DNA of 64,000 nt, taken from NCBI RefSeq assembly GCF_009914755.1, contig NC_060925.1; one strand, written 5' to 3'. Numbering within the stretch: the first letter of the stretch is position 1; the number at the start of each line of letters is the position of its first letter. A program made the translations under genes and the position numbers. Positions 32,304-46,476 of this stretch are shown piece by piece. The notes beneath the pieces are model-generated. The model was not told where the DNA came from, searched no databases, and saw nothing but the letters and a program-made list of their open reading frames with translations. This DNA comes from the human T2T-CHM13v2.0 reference genome, Homo sapiens.

Positions 32304-34458
32304 GTGGTTTTTCATCATATGGGTTAGTTACTTTGTTTTGTTGCTGCCAACAGTGCTCTCTTATCAGCCTTCTTCAATATATAGGAATAAAATAATGATG
32401 AGCTTTAAAGACAATGACAAAGCCCCAGCTGAGGTCAAGATACGATAATAAATAATAAAGTGTCTATATCTGCCTGTTCACTTTGCTTCCTCTTCTTTAC
32501 CCATTACAGCCTGCAGTCTTCCTCAATCTTCCTTTAGTATTAAGAAAATAAATCACATAAAATATTCAGAGAGCTTCTTGATTCTTGATGCTTCCCATTT
32601 GAAAGAAAATTCCCCATGTTGTGCTGTGACTTGTGAAGTTTCCTTCCTGAGATTTGTTTACATTTTTCCTGCTGCAATTTTTTAAAATGACATTGCAGCT
32701 AATCGCTGCTAGGTAGATCTCTTTCTCTTATGGGAAAAAATATATAACTTAAATGTTTTCCTCCCTTCTCTTGTATGACAGGTCTGTGTTATTGTAGAGG
32801 CAGAACGCTAGAATGATGGTGTGTTAAATGTTATAGAGCTCAGTTCTAGAAGATATATTGATTTGGCAAGTTGGAACTATAATTAGTATAGTGCAGGCAA
32901 AGGCAAACACTAGCCATGTCTAGCACTTGCTTTTTGATTCAAACTGTTCCCAAGTTAACGGCATTTTCCTCCCTTAAAGCCCAGAAGTGAACAGTCTTGC
33001 CAGTCGATAAATGTAGAATTGGATAAACAGAAAAGAATAGGGTAATCCTATTTCTTTCTCTCTCTCTTTTTTAAAATCAACTAACCTGGTTGTTTCTTAT
33101 ACTCACCTCACTCCATCCTTGTGTTAGAGACTAGTAACTCTTCCCCATCATCTTATTTTGGAGGGCAGCTGGGTGTGGCATCGAGCGTGAAAAACAAACA
33201 ACAAAGGTATAAAATCCCTTAATGTTGTGTGAAGGCATTTCCTCAGAATTGGGAATTTCTTTCCTTCAACTTGATGTGATTGCATTTTGTCTTCCTTTAT
33301 TCATTGGCTCTGTACGACCTCTCTACTCCCCCATCAAAGTGAACATAAAACAAAGAAGAAAATTAAAGATACTCTTGTATGAAATGTTATGCCCTATACT
33401 TAAATAGCAGCTCAGTAACAGAACTATGCGTTCATTGGATGCGCAGTCAAGGAGTTTCTTGAAAACTGGAGAGGGCGACGATATAATGATACAGGGGGTT
33501 CTGAGGACTGGGGTGTCAATGAGGGATGAGGAAGAATGTGCTTATCTATGGGGAGAGAAATTTTCGATAATTAGTATCTCTGCTGATTTCCAGAAAATGG
33601 CTGTTGGGGACATTTCTAACTAACAATCCTCTTGAGGTCAGTTGCCCTTCGAGACAGAACATGCTGTGGGAATAATGTCATAACTGGTACCCTTCCTACC
33701 TACCCCCCCCCACTTTGTTCCCTTCCCTGATGGGTTCCTCTCCCCCACCTCCTTATCCTCTCCGTTCTCATCTTTGCACTTATGTATGCAATTACAGCAA
33801 TAAAGATCTTCAGTTTGGGGTTCTTCACTGATGTAGTTTATGTATTAGCCTACTTGACTCAACCCTTCTGATTTTGTTTTATGTTATTTTATACAATTTT
33901 AGGGCCTAACATTTTGCTTTATCGAGTGTTATAGAAAGTATGAAAAGACTTCACATTTTCTCTTACATTTTAATATGATTAAGATGTCAAGAACTTTAAA
34001 AGACAAAGATGGCTTTGAGGGATGCTGTTAATTCATTCACAGATTTTTACCAAATATATTCATTCTAGAAGCCAGGCAGTGTTTTAGGCTCTGGAGATGT
34101 GTTAGTGAGCAAGAGAATGTGTTCTGTTGAAATGTGTTTCCTATTCAAAATGGAGAGAGACAGATTTTTTTTCAGAATGCATAGGCTAATTAATTGCTCT
34201 CAGATTCTAATAAGTGATATGAAGGAACACAGGACCAACAGGATGGAGTGAATGGCGTGGGGGTAGGATGAGCGCAGAGGGGAGCCTGTGAGATGAGGTC
34301 TGTGGGAAGGCCATTCCAGGCAGCTCCCAGGGCAAGTCCAAAGGGCCTTGGAGGAGCACAGACATGACTCAGAGGAAGCTGGGGCTTCAGGAGATGAGGA
34401 CAGCAAGGGCTCAGGCCACAGCACAGGCAGGGTCTGGAAAGCCGTGGAAGGAATATGG

Positions 34459-34707
34459 CTTTTTTTTTTTTTTTTGAAACGGAGTCTCGCTCTATTGCCT
34501 AGGCTGGAGCAAGATCAGAGGCATGATCTTGGCTCACTGCATCCTCCGCCTCCTGGGTTCAAGCAATTTCTAGCTAATTTTTGTATTTTTAATAGAGACA
34601 GGGTTTCGCCATGTTGGCCAGGCTGGTCTTGAACTCCTGACCTCCAGTGATCTGCCACGTCGGCCTCTCAAAGTGCTAGGATTACAGGCATGAGCCACCA
34701 TACCTGG
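34459..34707 (-). mobile_element. Alu with internal deletion
   Basis: Right arm jumps from TCAAGCAATT to CTAGCTAATTTTTG. Confidence 0.88.
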
Positions 34708-34814
34708 CTTTTTTTTTTTTTTAAATGGGAGCTTTTGGGAGGTTTTATGCAGGGGAAGAACATATTTGTCTTATATTTCATGTGGATCACCTGGCCTGGT
34801 CTTGGTTTGCTTGT

Positions 34815-35116
34815 TGTGGTGGTGGTTGTTTTTGAGACAGGGTCTTGCTCTGTTGCCCAGGTTGGAGAGCAGTAGCACAATCATGGCTCACCGCAGTCTC
34901 GATCTCCTGGGCTCAAGCGATCCTTCCACCTCACCCTTCCAAGTAGCTGGAACTATAGGCATGAGCCACCATGCCCAGCTAATTTTTTAAGTTGTTGTTA
35001 TAGACAGGGTCTCACTGTGATGTCCCAAGTTGGTCTTGAACTCCTGGGGTCAAGCAGTCCTCCTGCCTTGGCCTCCCAAAATGCTGGGATTATAGACATA
35101 AGCCACCATGCCCGGC
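34815..35116 (-). mobile_element. Alu (AluJ-like)
   Basis: Full dimer, AluJ diagnostics. Confidence 0.9.
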
Positions 35117-36214
35117 CCCCAGCCTGCTCTTTGAATGATTGAGTGTAGGCAGGCACAGAAGTAGAAGCAGGAAGGCAGGTGGGATATGGCAGTAGTTTAG
35201 TTCTAGATGGTGGCTGTAGGTTGGGGCAGGACGGTGACAGGGGAGATGAAGACCAGTTAGTAGGTTGGGGTGGATTCTGGAGGTATGGCTGATGGGACTT
35301 CTGGTGGGGCAGACATGGCGACAAGAGAACACAAGGAAATCAAGGATGACTTCTTGGTTTGAAGCAGCTGGGTAGATGGTTGTGCCATTCACTGAGGTAG
35401 AGAAGACAGCTGCATTTTGGGAGGAGGATATAAGGATAGAACTGCTAGCAAGAGAAAACAGGGATCATACTAATGCTTGCTACTTGGCAGATTATATTGT
35501 TGACTTGTAGATCATGGTATATTTCAGTGGTCTGAAGCTAGGCTTCTTTGTGTATTTGGAACCTACTCTAGTCATTTCTCTCATGCCTTTTTCCAAATGA
35601 GATCCCTTTTTTTGGGTCATATGCATATTTTCCAGCCAACCACACTTATCTTACATAATTGTTGATTATTCATTAACAAGCTCTTCTAGGATTTCTTTAA
35701 TCCTAACTGTGGCATATATTATATGATCTACTTACATCACCAAGAGTTAAGCAAGTTTACTTGACCCAACCATTTTTGCAGGGGTAGGTGATTCTAAATC
35801 TACTTAATCCTTCATGAGCTTATCTTTAAATGTCTGCCTAGCAGGATATTTTTGGATGCATGTTTTTGGTTGCTGGACTTGTTTGGGTTTGGCAGATCTG
35901 CTGATTTTGCTAAACATGTGGTGATCCCTTGCTCACCGGATGGGCAAGAGCTCCTTGATATGTATGTAAATGGACATCGGTTTGGATGAATATGTGAGCG
36001 AAGCTAAAATTAAAGACAAGGAAGACATAACAATTCAGGTTAAAAAGAAACCCAAGAAATAAGATCTTGAACCTGTTGAAAGATGAAGCTGTTAATCAAA
36101 ACCAACAGCAGCCAGTCCCGGAAAACTAATGAAATATGCTCTACTCATTGTTACCGTAGACAAAAAGAAGACTTAAGTGGACAAACAGAAATTATTATGT
36201 GCATTTGAATTCAT

Positions 36215-36511
36215 TTTTTTTTCTTTTTTGAGACAGAGTCTCATTATGCTGCCCAGGATGGAGTGCAGTGGCGCGATCTTGGCTTACTGCAACCTCCGCC
36301 TCTTGGGTTCAAGGGATTCACCTGCCTCAGCCTCCTAAGTAGCTGGGATTATAGGCAGGCACCACGACGCCGAGCTAATTTTTGTATTTTTAGTAGTGAC
36401 GAGGTTTTACCATGTTGGCCACCCTGGTCTTGAACTCCTGACCTCAGGTGATCCACCTGCTTTGGCCTCCCAAAGTGCTGGGATTATAGGTGTGAGCCAC
36501 CTAGCCCAGCC
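36215..36511 (-). mobile_element. Alu (AluS-like)
   Basis: Full dimer; TSD TTGAATTCATT. Confidence 0.94.
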
Positions 36512-36829
36512 TTGAATTCATTTTTTTTTCCAGAGCAGGAAAAACATTTTAATGCTATTTAGTCAAGCCCACACAGATCTTTTCCTGAGAAGCAACAAAA
36601 GCCTTGCCACATCTTTCAGCTCTAAGAGAATATAGATATACGTATATATTTTTTGCTGTATATTTATTTTTGAAACGTTGTGTACAGTATCAACTTTCAA
36701 AGTTGTTTTTATTTTAAAGATGGTATTAAGATGATACTTAATTTTTTCAGACCAACTTTAACAATTATTTTAGCTGATGATTTTGTTTACCAAAATTTAT
36801 ATAAGCTATGTGGACTTGCTGTATGTTAA

Positions 36830-37139
<310 letters not shown>

Positions 37140-37634
37140 ACCATTATTGACATTGCTCTTGCCTTCTGGCGGTCATGCATGAGGATTTAGCTCCTTTATA
37201 CTCCTTCCTTGTCTCTCCTTCTTCCTTCTAATATAATTAATATTGCTATTTTGAGTTTTCTTTCATAATACTTCTTTGAATTTTAAATAATATGCTTATG
37301 ATTTTTTGATATTGTTTCATCAAATTCAGATCGTATCTCTTGCCACCCCACTCACCGTGTAATAGTTACACTATTAGTGTCTCTACTTTTGCCTTCATTT
37401 AGTCTGAGCCCTGTTTACCTCCCAGCTTCTACCAGATACACTTTTATGTTTAGGGCATACTTTTAAGGTTAATAGTTTATCTATAAGTTGAAAGACATAT
37501 GGATGCTGTGTGAATATTGCACTGCAGAGGCAGATATATTCTGATTTTGCTTCCTTTTCAGTATTCCAATATCACAACCCCCAGGCCACTCAAACAAGGA
37601 TTTTCCTGGGTCAAGTTCAAAAGAATTTTGTGGT

Positions 37635-37941
37635 TTTATTTATTTATTTATTTATTTTGAGACAGAGTCTCACTCAGTCACCCAGGCTGGAGGGCAATGG
37701 CATAATCTCAGCTCACTGCAAACTTTGCCTCCTGGTTTCAGGCTATTCTCCTGCCTCACCCTACTGAGTAGCTGGGATTACAGGTGGATGCTACCACGCC
37801 CGGCTAATTTTTTGTATTTTTAGTAGAAACAGGGTTTCACTGTGTTGGCCAGGCTGGTCTCTTACTCGTGACCTCAAGAGATCCACCTGCCTCAGCCTTC
37901 CAAAATGCTGGGATTACAGGCGTGAGCCACCACGCCCAGCT
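37635..37941 (-). mobile_element. Alu
   Basis: Full dimer, (TTTA)n tail; TSD GAATT(T/C)TGTG. Confidence 0.92.
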
Positions 37942-38762
37942 GAATTCTGTGTTTTTAGTAAACAATCACTTGCTCAAAAGTATCCCATATTTAGTTTAGT
38001 TTACATTTGGCTTATCCTTTTCTTATACAGGGAACTCCCATCCAGCACAACAAAGTTTTCGACTGCCTCTTATTTTCTTTTTTGGGTGAAGAAACATAGC
38101 TTTTCCCCCTGTATTCTCAATATTTTTTATTTTTCAGCTCATTCTTGCCATTTCATGGAATTCTTAAATTCTTTCTCTTCTAATTTAGGTCAGGTTCTTC
38201 GTATTTAATTATGACTTCCGCTTGTACTTCTCAGCTCCCTCTTTCCCTTACAACACCTGTCCCCCAAGCCCCTGCCCTGTTATTAGGAACACAAAGATGA
38301 AAAGAAAGGTTCTATCCTGAACTGGCTTACGATTCACTTTAAAGAAATAAACACATGGAAGTAAATTATTGGAGCTTAGTGGTTGAAGTGGGCTCCACAG
38401 TCAAAGTGTCCAGGATTTCTCAACTATGCTGCAAGCTTAGGTAAATGGCTGGATTTCTGAAAGTTTATTTCTTCTTGGGTAAAATGAGGAATAAATGTAG
38501 TAGTTTCTGAGTGAGAGGAAAGTATGGATACGAATAAAGCATTTTGCACACTACAGGCATATAGTAAGTGTTCAATGCCCTTTGCCTGTTACCATGGGTC
38601 ACAATCGTGTTTAGGCTCCAAGTGGAGATATTTATAGTACAAGGAGCAAAGGGGAAGGTTTTTAACTGGGTCTCCTTGATAACTCAGGAGATAACACCTG
38701 GGGCAAGACCTGAGGAATGCGTAGGAGTTTGCTGTGGGGAACAGCCATGAAAGAAGTCTATA

Positions 38763-39063
38763 GGTCGGGTGCGGTGGCTCACACGCCTGTAATCCCAGCA
38801 CTTTGGGAGGCTGAGGTGGGCAGATCACCTGAGGTCAGGAGTTCGAGACTAGCCTGACCAACATGGTGAAACCCCCGCCTCTACTAAAAATACAAAATTA
38901 GCCAGGTGTCTTGACACATGGCTGTAATCCCAGCTACTCAGGAGACTGAGGCATGAGAATCGCTTGAACCCAGGAGGCGGAGGTTGCAGTGAGCCAAGAT
39001 CGCACTATTGCACTCCAGCCTGGGCAGCAGAGCGAGACTCTGTCTCAAAAAGAAAAAAAAAAA
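38763..39063 (+). mobile_element. Alu (AluS-like)
   Basis: Full dimer; TSD AAGTCT(A/G)TA. Confidence 0.94.
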
Positions 39064-40259
39064 GTCTGTATACTGGGCAGCACATAGAAAGGCACAGGGG
39101 TGCATGTGAGCACAGTTTCTAAGTATTTCCGGAGTATAAATTGGGAGAATGATGCGTAGAAAGGAGACCAGGGATGTAAACAAAGACAACCTGGGGGTGC
39201 TTTTGAATAATTTTGAGTAGTTAAGCCATAAACAGATTGGCATTTGTAAAATATCACTGTGGTGGCAGATTGGAGAATGGATTGAAGAAAACTAAAATTA
39301 GCATCTGAGTGATCAGAAGAGTGTCTGAACTGAAACAGAGGCAGTGGGATTGGAAAGAGCCAGCTATAGGGAATCTTTAGGATTTAGAACCGACAGGACT
39401 TACCATTTGATTGGATGTGAGGAAGTGGAGTAGATGATTTCTTTGAGTTTCTGGTTCACATTTCTGGGATACTGTACTAAAGAGTTAGAATACTAAAGAC
39501 GGAACAGATTTCAGAGAGAATGATCATTCTCTTTTGACATCTAGAATTTGTGATTATTTGGGACTTTATGGAGGCTATACCTCAAGGGCAAGGGAACTGA
39601 TATTGCTGGCATAGACCATAGGTTGTATGGTAAAATCATGAGCAAATAAATCTCGTAAATTAAGAGAAAGTTGACCAATCAAAAGATTAAAGTTCTTAAG
39701 GACAGTGGAGAATAATTAGATGTAGTGAGAATATAGAGAGAATGAATTCATTGGTGGTTGTGGCCAGAGGGAAGGATATTGGTGTTTAAGACTTCAGAGG
39801 TGGAGGTGTTCTACTCATTCCAAAGACCAGTCCATGGTGGAGAGGTAGGCTCGTTGTGATTAGAATTGAGAAGCTCAGGGTGTTGGCTGGGACTTAATGT
39901 CCCATAGAATGTGGAAGAGTCAACCTTGAGAAGCAGAGAGAGGACCATGTGGTAAAGTCCTTGACATGTGAAGGCTATACCAAGGAGGTTTGTCAGGGTC
40001 TGTGATGAGGAGGGGTAGATGCTGATACCCCTGGGTGATACGGGCTTTGGAAGTGGAGCGGGTTACGCTCAGGATGGACGTGGAATACTCTCTAGATGAT
40101 CATGGAGGGCTAGATTAGAAGGTCGCGGTATGAGGGAGGATTGGGAAAATCACCTTTCAGGTTCAGTCATCGTTTGGCTTGGATGATCACATTGGCCTTT
40201 TCATTACCTTCTTGGGTTTGCCTGTTACTGGTTTCCAGTCCAGTCTCCTCAGCCTTGTC

Positions 40260-40483
40260 TAGTGGTTCTCATTCCAGGGTTATGTTGCCCTGCAGAGGAC
40301 ATTTGACAATGTCCAAAGACATTTGGGGTTCTCACAGTAGGGAGAGGGGTGCAACTAGCTTCTAGTGGGTAGAGACTGGGGCACTGCCAAGCATTCTAAA
40401 TGCACAGGGCATCTCCTTCTTTCCCCTAACAAAGAATTACAAAATGTGCAAAATGTCAGTAGTGCCAAGGTTGAGAAATCTAG
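40260..40483 (+). mobile_element. MER20 hAT MITE
   Basis: AGTGGTTCTCA...GGACATTTGACAATGTCC...AATGTCAGTAGTGCCAAGGTTGAGAAA. Confidence 0.8.
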
Positions 40484-40504
40484 TGATATATGTCTGATCA
40501 TGTT

Positions 40505-40808
40505 GTTTTATTTTATTTTTTGAGACAGCATCTTGCTCTGTCATCCAGGCTGGTGTGCAGTTGGGTGATCACAGCTCACTGCCTGCCTTAACCTCCTGGG
40601 CTCAACCGTTCCTCTCACCTCAGCCTCCCAAATAGCTGGGACTAAATGCAAATGCCACCATGACCAGCTAATTAAAAAAAATTTTTTTAATAGAGGTGGG
40701 GTCTCCTTATGTGGCCAAGGCTGGTCTTGATCTCCTGGGCTCAAGTGAGCCTACTGCCTTGGCCTCCCAAAGTGACGGGATTACAGGCATGAAACACCGC
40801 ACCTGGCC
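40505..40808 (-). mobile_element. Alu (AluJ-like)
   Basis: Diverged full dimer. Confidence 0.9.
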
Positions 40809-41672
40809 ATGTCATTTTAATTGTTTCTCTATCAGAATAAACTCCAGCTTCTTTGGATCTCCATGGTCTTCCTTCTGCCTTTCAATACTTTCCCACTTCT
40901 ACCTCTCCTGACCCACTTTCCTTTCCAAACTCTTTTGCCACGCTGAAGTGTTATTGATTTTCCTAATTGTCCATGTCTTCTCTCACTTGTGGGGCTCTGT
41001 GGGCACCTCTACTTCTGCTCCCCACTATTATTTCCCAGTTAGCCTCCACTCTTTCTCATAGGATGCTATTCAGAGTTAGATGCCATTCCTTCCCAGACAT
41101 CTTCTTTAGCCATCTCAGTCTGCATTTTCTCTCTCAAAGGATATATTACACATATTATAATTGTCTATTTACCCTGTAACACCTGAATGCAAATTAAATA
41201 TTGTGTGAAGGTTCCTTGAACAATGTAATGCTGTGTCCTTGTGTTTACCTGACAGATCTCCCCAGAGTAGTTAGGAGTGGTCTCTAGTCCTAGACTGGAT
41301 TCTAATCCCATCTTCTCCACCCACTTAAGAGGTGAAAACATTTACCCAAGGTCACATTAAAATTTTTCATGTCTAATAATCTCTGGAGTTGTTTTGAAGA
41401 TTAAATGAGATTAATTTATTAGGCATTTAGCACAATGTCTAGCACATCATCAATGCTAGGTAATTATTAGTGATTGGTATTTAATATTATTGCCTTTCAA
41501 GTTCTTATTACAGAATCAGGCATAACTGTTTAATAAATATGCCTTGATTTTGTAAAGAAGAGAGCTGTAGGAAAGCCATGATGACTGCAGTGAGGAGGAA
41601 CTGGAGAATCTATTCAGTGAATTGTCTTGAATGATCAAAGGTTGCCTATGTTTGATAATCTTGAAAACACTT

Positions 41673-42069
<397 letters not shown>

Positions 42070-42967
42070 TTATTAGTCTGGGAGTTGACTCTGTATTGGA
42101 TCTCTTCTTCTGGGCTTATTGCCATCCTCCTTTCTCAATCCATTTTACTTAATTTTACTGCTATAATTACCACATTCCTTCACCAACCCTCATGCCCCCA
42201 CATCTTTCTGGATGGAGTGGAAGGGAAATGGAAAGAGTAGGGAAAGCTACGGGGAGGTAACTGCAAATTGTGAAGGGAAATCTGTCATGCCCACTTGGTG
42301 TTATGTTCATGACCATCCCGTAGTGACTCCATGCTTTCCCTAGGTCAGTCTGTGGAAGTATTGCACTTGAATATTGACATGCGTTGTGCTTATTTAGCTC
42401 TCTGTGTGTATGTGTGCAAGTGTCTGGCATACTTGACAGATAACGTGGCATGGAAGAATGAATCGTTTTGCTTTCCCTAGCACCTCACCAAAGAATAGGG
42501 ACCTCCATTTCATCTAGAATTCCTAAGACAGGGAGGAACCAGAGAGGGCTGGAGATTGTTTTGCTACACAACATTGCTCTTCTCTTTCAAAGAGTTCATT
42601 TTATTTTCTTGATTGGATAATTTCTTGTGGGGTAAAATCATGGATGGGAACAGTCAATACATATAAATAGGAAGAAATCTGCTTACTGAGTTTTCTGTAA
42701 GGGATATTTTCCAATCCAATATTACTTTTTTCTTATGAAGTCAATTTATTTCATAAAGAATATAATAAGTGGATATGTATCCAGAAGTTCCTACTCGATT
42801 TCTTTCTTTGAAGGCTATGCACTTGTTATATGGTTTGAAAAAAATTGCCTCGTATGGGGAACTTTTCTTTACCACAATATTGATTGTATAGTGAGTTAAA
42901 TTATGTCCCCTCTGTTTGTAGTCAGATAGTTCAGTGTGAAGTAGAAGGCTTTCAATATATATTTTAA

Positions 42968-43315
<348 letters not shown>

Positions 43316-44037
43316 CATGTTTTTTTTTTTTTAATCAATTTATAGTAATTTGTCCCCAGTTACTACTCAGTGAATGTTTGTATGACTGGATCTTGTAGTA
43401 ATCAGTATCCAAGTTTTTATACATATGTGTTTAAGCATATGTATTTTTAAGCATAGTTGGAGATTATTATGTTTAAGCCTATTTTGAGATTATTTTATTT
43501 TTCTGATCCGGTACGTGATTTAATAAATTTCTAATATGTGTTGCCATTTATATATCTTATTTCAGAGGGCAAAACGGGTGATGTTTTTCCCCCGTTATGC
43601 TCAATTCAAGTGCATCGTTGCAAAAGTAGTAATGATAGTTATTGTTATTCCCCCGATCATGAAGTTTTCTGAGCTCAGAGGAAGTGCTACCAGTCAGTAG
43701 TTTCATAGATTTTAGAATGCTTCCCAACAGTAAAGTTAATTGAAGCTTAGAAAAATAGATTTTTAAAAAACACACTCGTGGCAATCAGACTTTTTAAGAC
43801 AATGACATACTTTCTTCATGATTGTTTTTTCCTCCTTTAAGAGGATTATGCTGTTTTAGATATCCATTTTGACTTTCACAACTGGTACTTTTTTTTAATC
43901 ACCCATTTGGCAAACAGTGTTGGGTGACTCAGAATTCATTTTGAATTTGTATGATGGACTTTTATTAAAAGGGGTGACTCAGCTCGACTTTTCTGTCATG
44001 ATTTTCTTTTCTTGTCTTTCTCCTGTAGATGCACTGA

Positions 44038-44439
<402 letters not shown>

Positions 44440-44609
44440 CTATGGCAAAGTGAAGGACCCTGTACAGAGAAAACATGACTTAATTCAGGAGCTTAAAGGG
44501 TTTTTTTGTTTCTTGTTTTTTGTTTTTTTTTAGGTCCTCCCAATTTGTACTGGACTTTGGAAATCTGAAAGAAGATTTATTCTCCTGTTATTACCTTTAT
44601 TGTCTAGAT

Positions 44610-44837
44610 CAGGGGTTGGCAAGTTTTTCTGTAAAGGGCCAGATAGAAAATATTTTAGGCTTTAGTAAATATTTTACAGTGCCTGTCACAACTACTCAAG
44701 TCCACTGTTGTGGTGTAAAAGCAGCCACGGACAATACGCCACTAATAAGCACGGCTGTGTTTCCTAATAAAACTTTGTATTACAAAACAGAGCACCTGGC
44801 CATATTTGGCTGGCAGGCTGTGGTTGGCTAGCCCCTG
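44610..44837 (+). mobile_element. MER58A hAT-Charlie MITE
   Basis: Inverted termini CAGGGGTTGGC...GCTAGCCCCTG; 8-bp flanks GTCTAGAT/CTCTATAC; internal TTCTGTAAAGGGCCAGATAG. Confidence 0.88.
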
Positions 44838-45146
44838 CTCTATACTCATGTAATACATAGATAGTAAATTTATTCTCTGAGCTTTTCTTTCTGTCTCTTA
44901 CCATGTGTGCTCACCAGCCAGTCACACAATATTTATGGAATTTTTCTATGAAAAATATAGGGCCTTTTCTTGTTCTTGTGTAGCTTACTGTGGAAAGGGG
45001 CTACTGGGTGAACAGACACGGTGGTACAGTAGTTGATAAAGGGTGATAGAAGAGTTTTCAGGTTTTGAGTGGTCGAGGATGCCCGGAGCCTGGAGCCCAG
45101 TGTACAGGAGGAGGAACAGAAGAGGCGTCTTAACAAATGGTACTGT

Positions 45147-45423
45147 GGCCAGGGGCGGTAGCTCACACCTGTAATCCCAACACTTTGGGAGGCCAAGGGG
45201 CAGATCACTTGAGGTCAGAAGTTTGAGACCAGCCTGGCCAACATGGTGAAACCTTGTCTCTACTACAAATACAAAAATTAGCCGGGTGCAGTCGTGTGCG
45301 CTGAGGCAGGAGAATCCCTTGAATCCGGGAGGCAGAGGTTGCAGTGAGCTGAGATCACACCACTGCACTCCAGCCTGGGTGATAGAGCAAGACTCCATCT
45401 CAAAAAAAAAAAAAAAAAAAAAA
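45147..45423 (+). mobile_element. Alu with internal deletion
   Basis: Dimer with poly-A. Confidence 0.9.
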
Positions 45424-45754
45424 GTAAAAAGAAAAGAGAAATGCTGCCTGGGACCCAGAGGCATTTGTGAAGGCTTCTGGAAGAAACGTTTAAGAAGTGA
45501 ACCCTATTCTCAGGAGCAGTAGGAAGCCGGTGGAGGGTGTTAGGTGGAGGAGTATGACGTGGTCAGTCGCGTGTTTTAGAGAGAGCATTCTGGGTGTTAG
45601 AGGAGTAGGGACTGAGGGGTGTGCTGTGTTTGTGGTTAGGATGCTGGAAGACCCTGAGGAAACCGTTGCAGCAATCCAGGAGAGAACAGTGCCCTCAACT
45701 ATGAAGGAGTTAGGTAGTAGAAAATCCTTTTATTTTTAAAAAGTATTACATGTG

Positions 45755-46059
45755 GGCCGAGCACGGTGGCTCATGGCTGTAATCCCAGCACTTTGGGAGG
45801 CTGAGGCGGGCGGATCACTTAAGGTCAGGAGTTCAAGACCAGCCTGGCCAAATTGGTGAAACCTCATCTCTACTAAAAAAAAAAAATACAAACATTAGTC
45901 AGGCATGGTGGTGCATGCCTGTAGTCCCAGCTACTTGGGAGGCTGAGGCAAGAGAATCGCTTGAACCAAGGAGCTGGCGGTTGCAGTGAGCCAAGATTAT
46001 GTCACTGTACTCCAGCCTGGGCAACAGAGCGAGACTCTGTCTCAAAAAACAAAAAAAAA
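45755..46059 (+). mobile_element. Alu (AluS-like)
   Basis: Full dimer; TSD ATT(A/G)CATGTGG. Confidence 0.93.
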
Positions 46060-46294
46060 TTGCATGTGGTCACACAATTTGTTTTTCCCCCTTTTAAAGG
46101 ACTTCCAAGTATCCAGGGAGTTGCACTAGTACAAGAATTGGAGCTTTTCCTTTAACAAATCATACATCTTAATTTTCTTCTCATAATACCACAATAGTTA
46201 ATTAATAAAATAATCTTACTTATATTTGGGAAAGAAATTTGGGATTAAATAAAAGGCAGATTCTAATTATACTTGGATTAATATTGTTACTCCT

Positions 46295-46476
46295 ACTAAT
46301 CTCAAACTCCAAGAGTCAGAATCCCCCGAAGGGCTTGTTACAACACAGATTGCTGGCCCCACCCCCAAGTTTCTGATTCAGCTGGTCTGAGTTGAGATCA
46401 GAGCATTTGCATTTCTAACAACTTCCCAGGTGATGCCAATGATGCCGGTCGGGGACCACACTTTAAGAAGTGCTGC
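46295..46476 (+). mobile_element. MER5A hAT MITE
   Basis: GGGCTTGTTACAACACAGATTGCTGGCCCCACCCC...TTTGCATTTCTAACAACTTCCCAGGTGATGCC...GGACCACACTTT. Confidence 0.85.

Noticed and set aside
35970-36062. 30-aa charged smORF MDIGLDEYVSEAKIKDKEDITIQVKKKPKK
   Set aside because: Weak start context, no splice or promoter support, no recognisable homologue
37159-37175. Second CTCF-like motif (CCGCCAGAAGGCAA, minus strand)
   Set aside because: Two mismatches to the core consensus
44002-44028. Strong pseudo-acceptor (similar ones near 14850, 15079, 21718, 53362)
   Set aside because: No convincing downstream donor or coding frame; common in long introns
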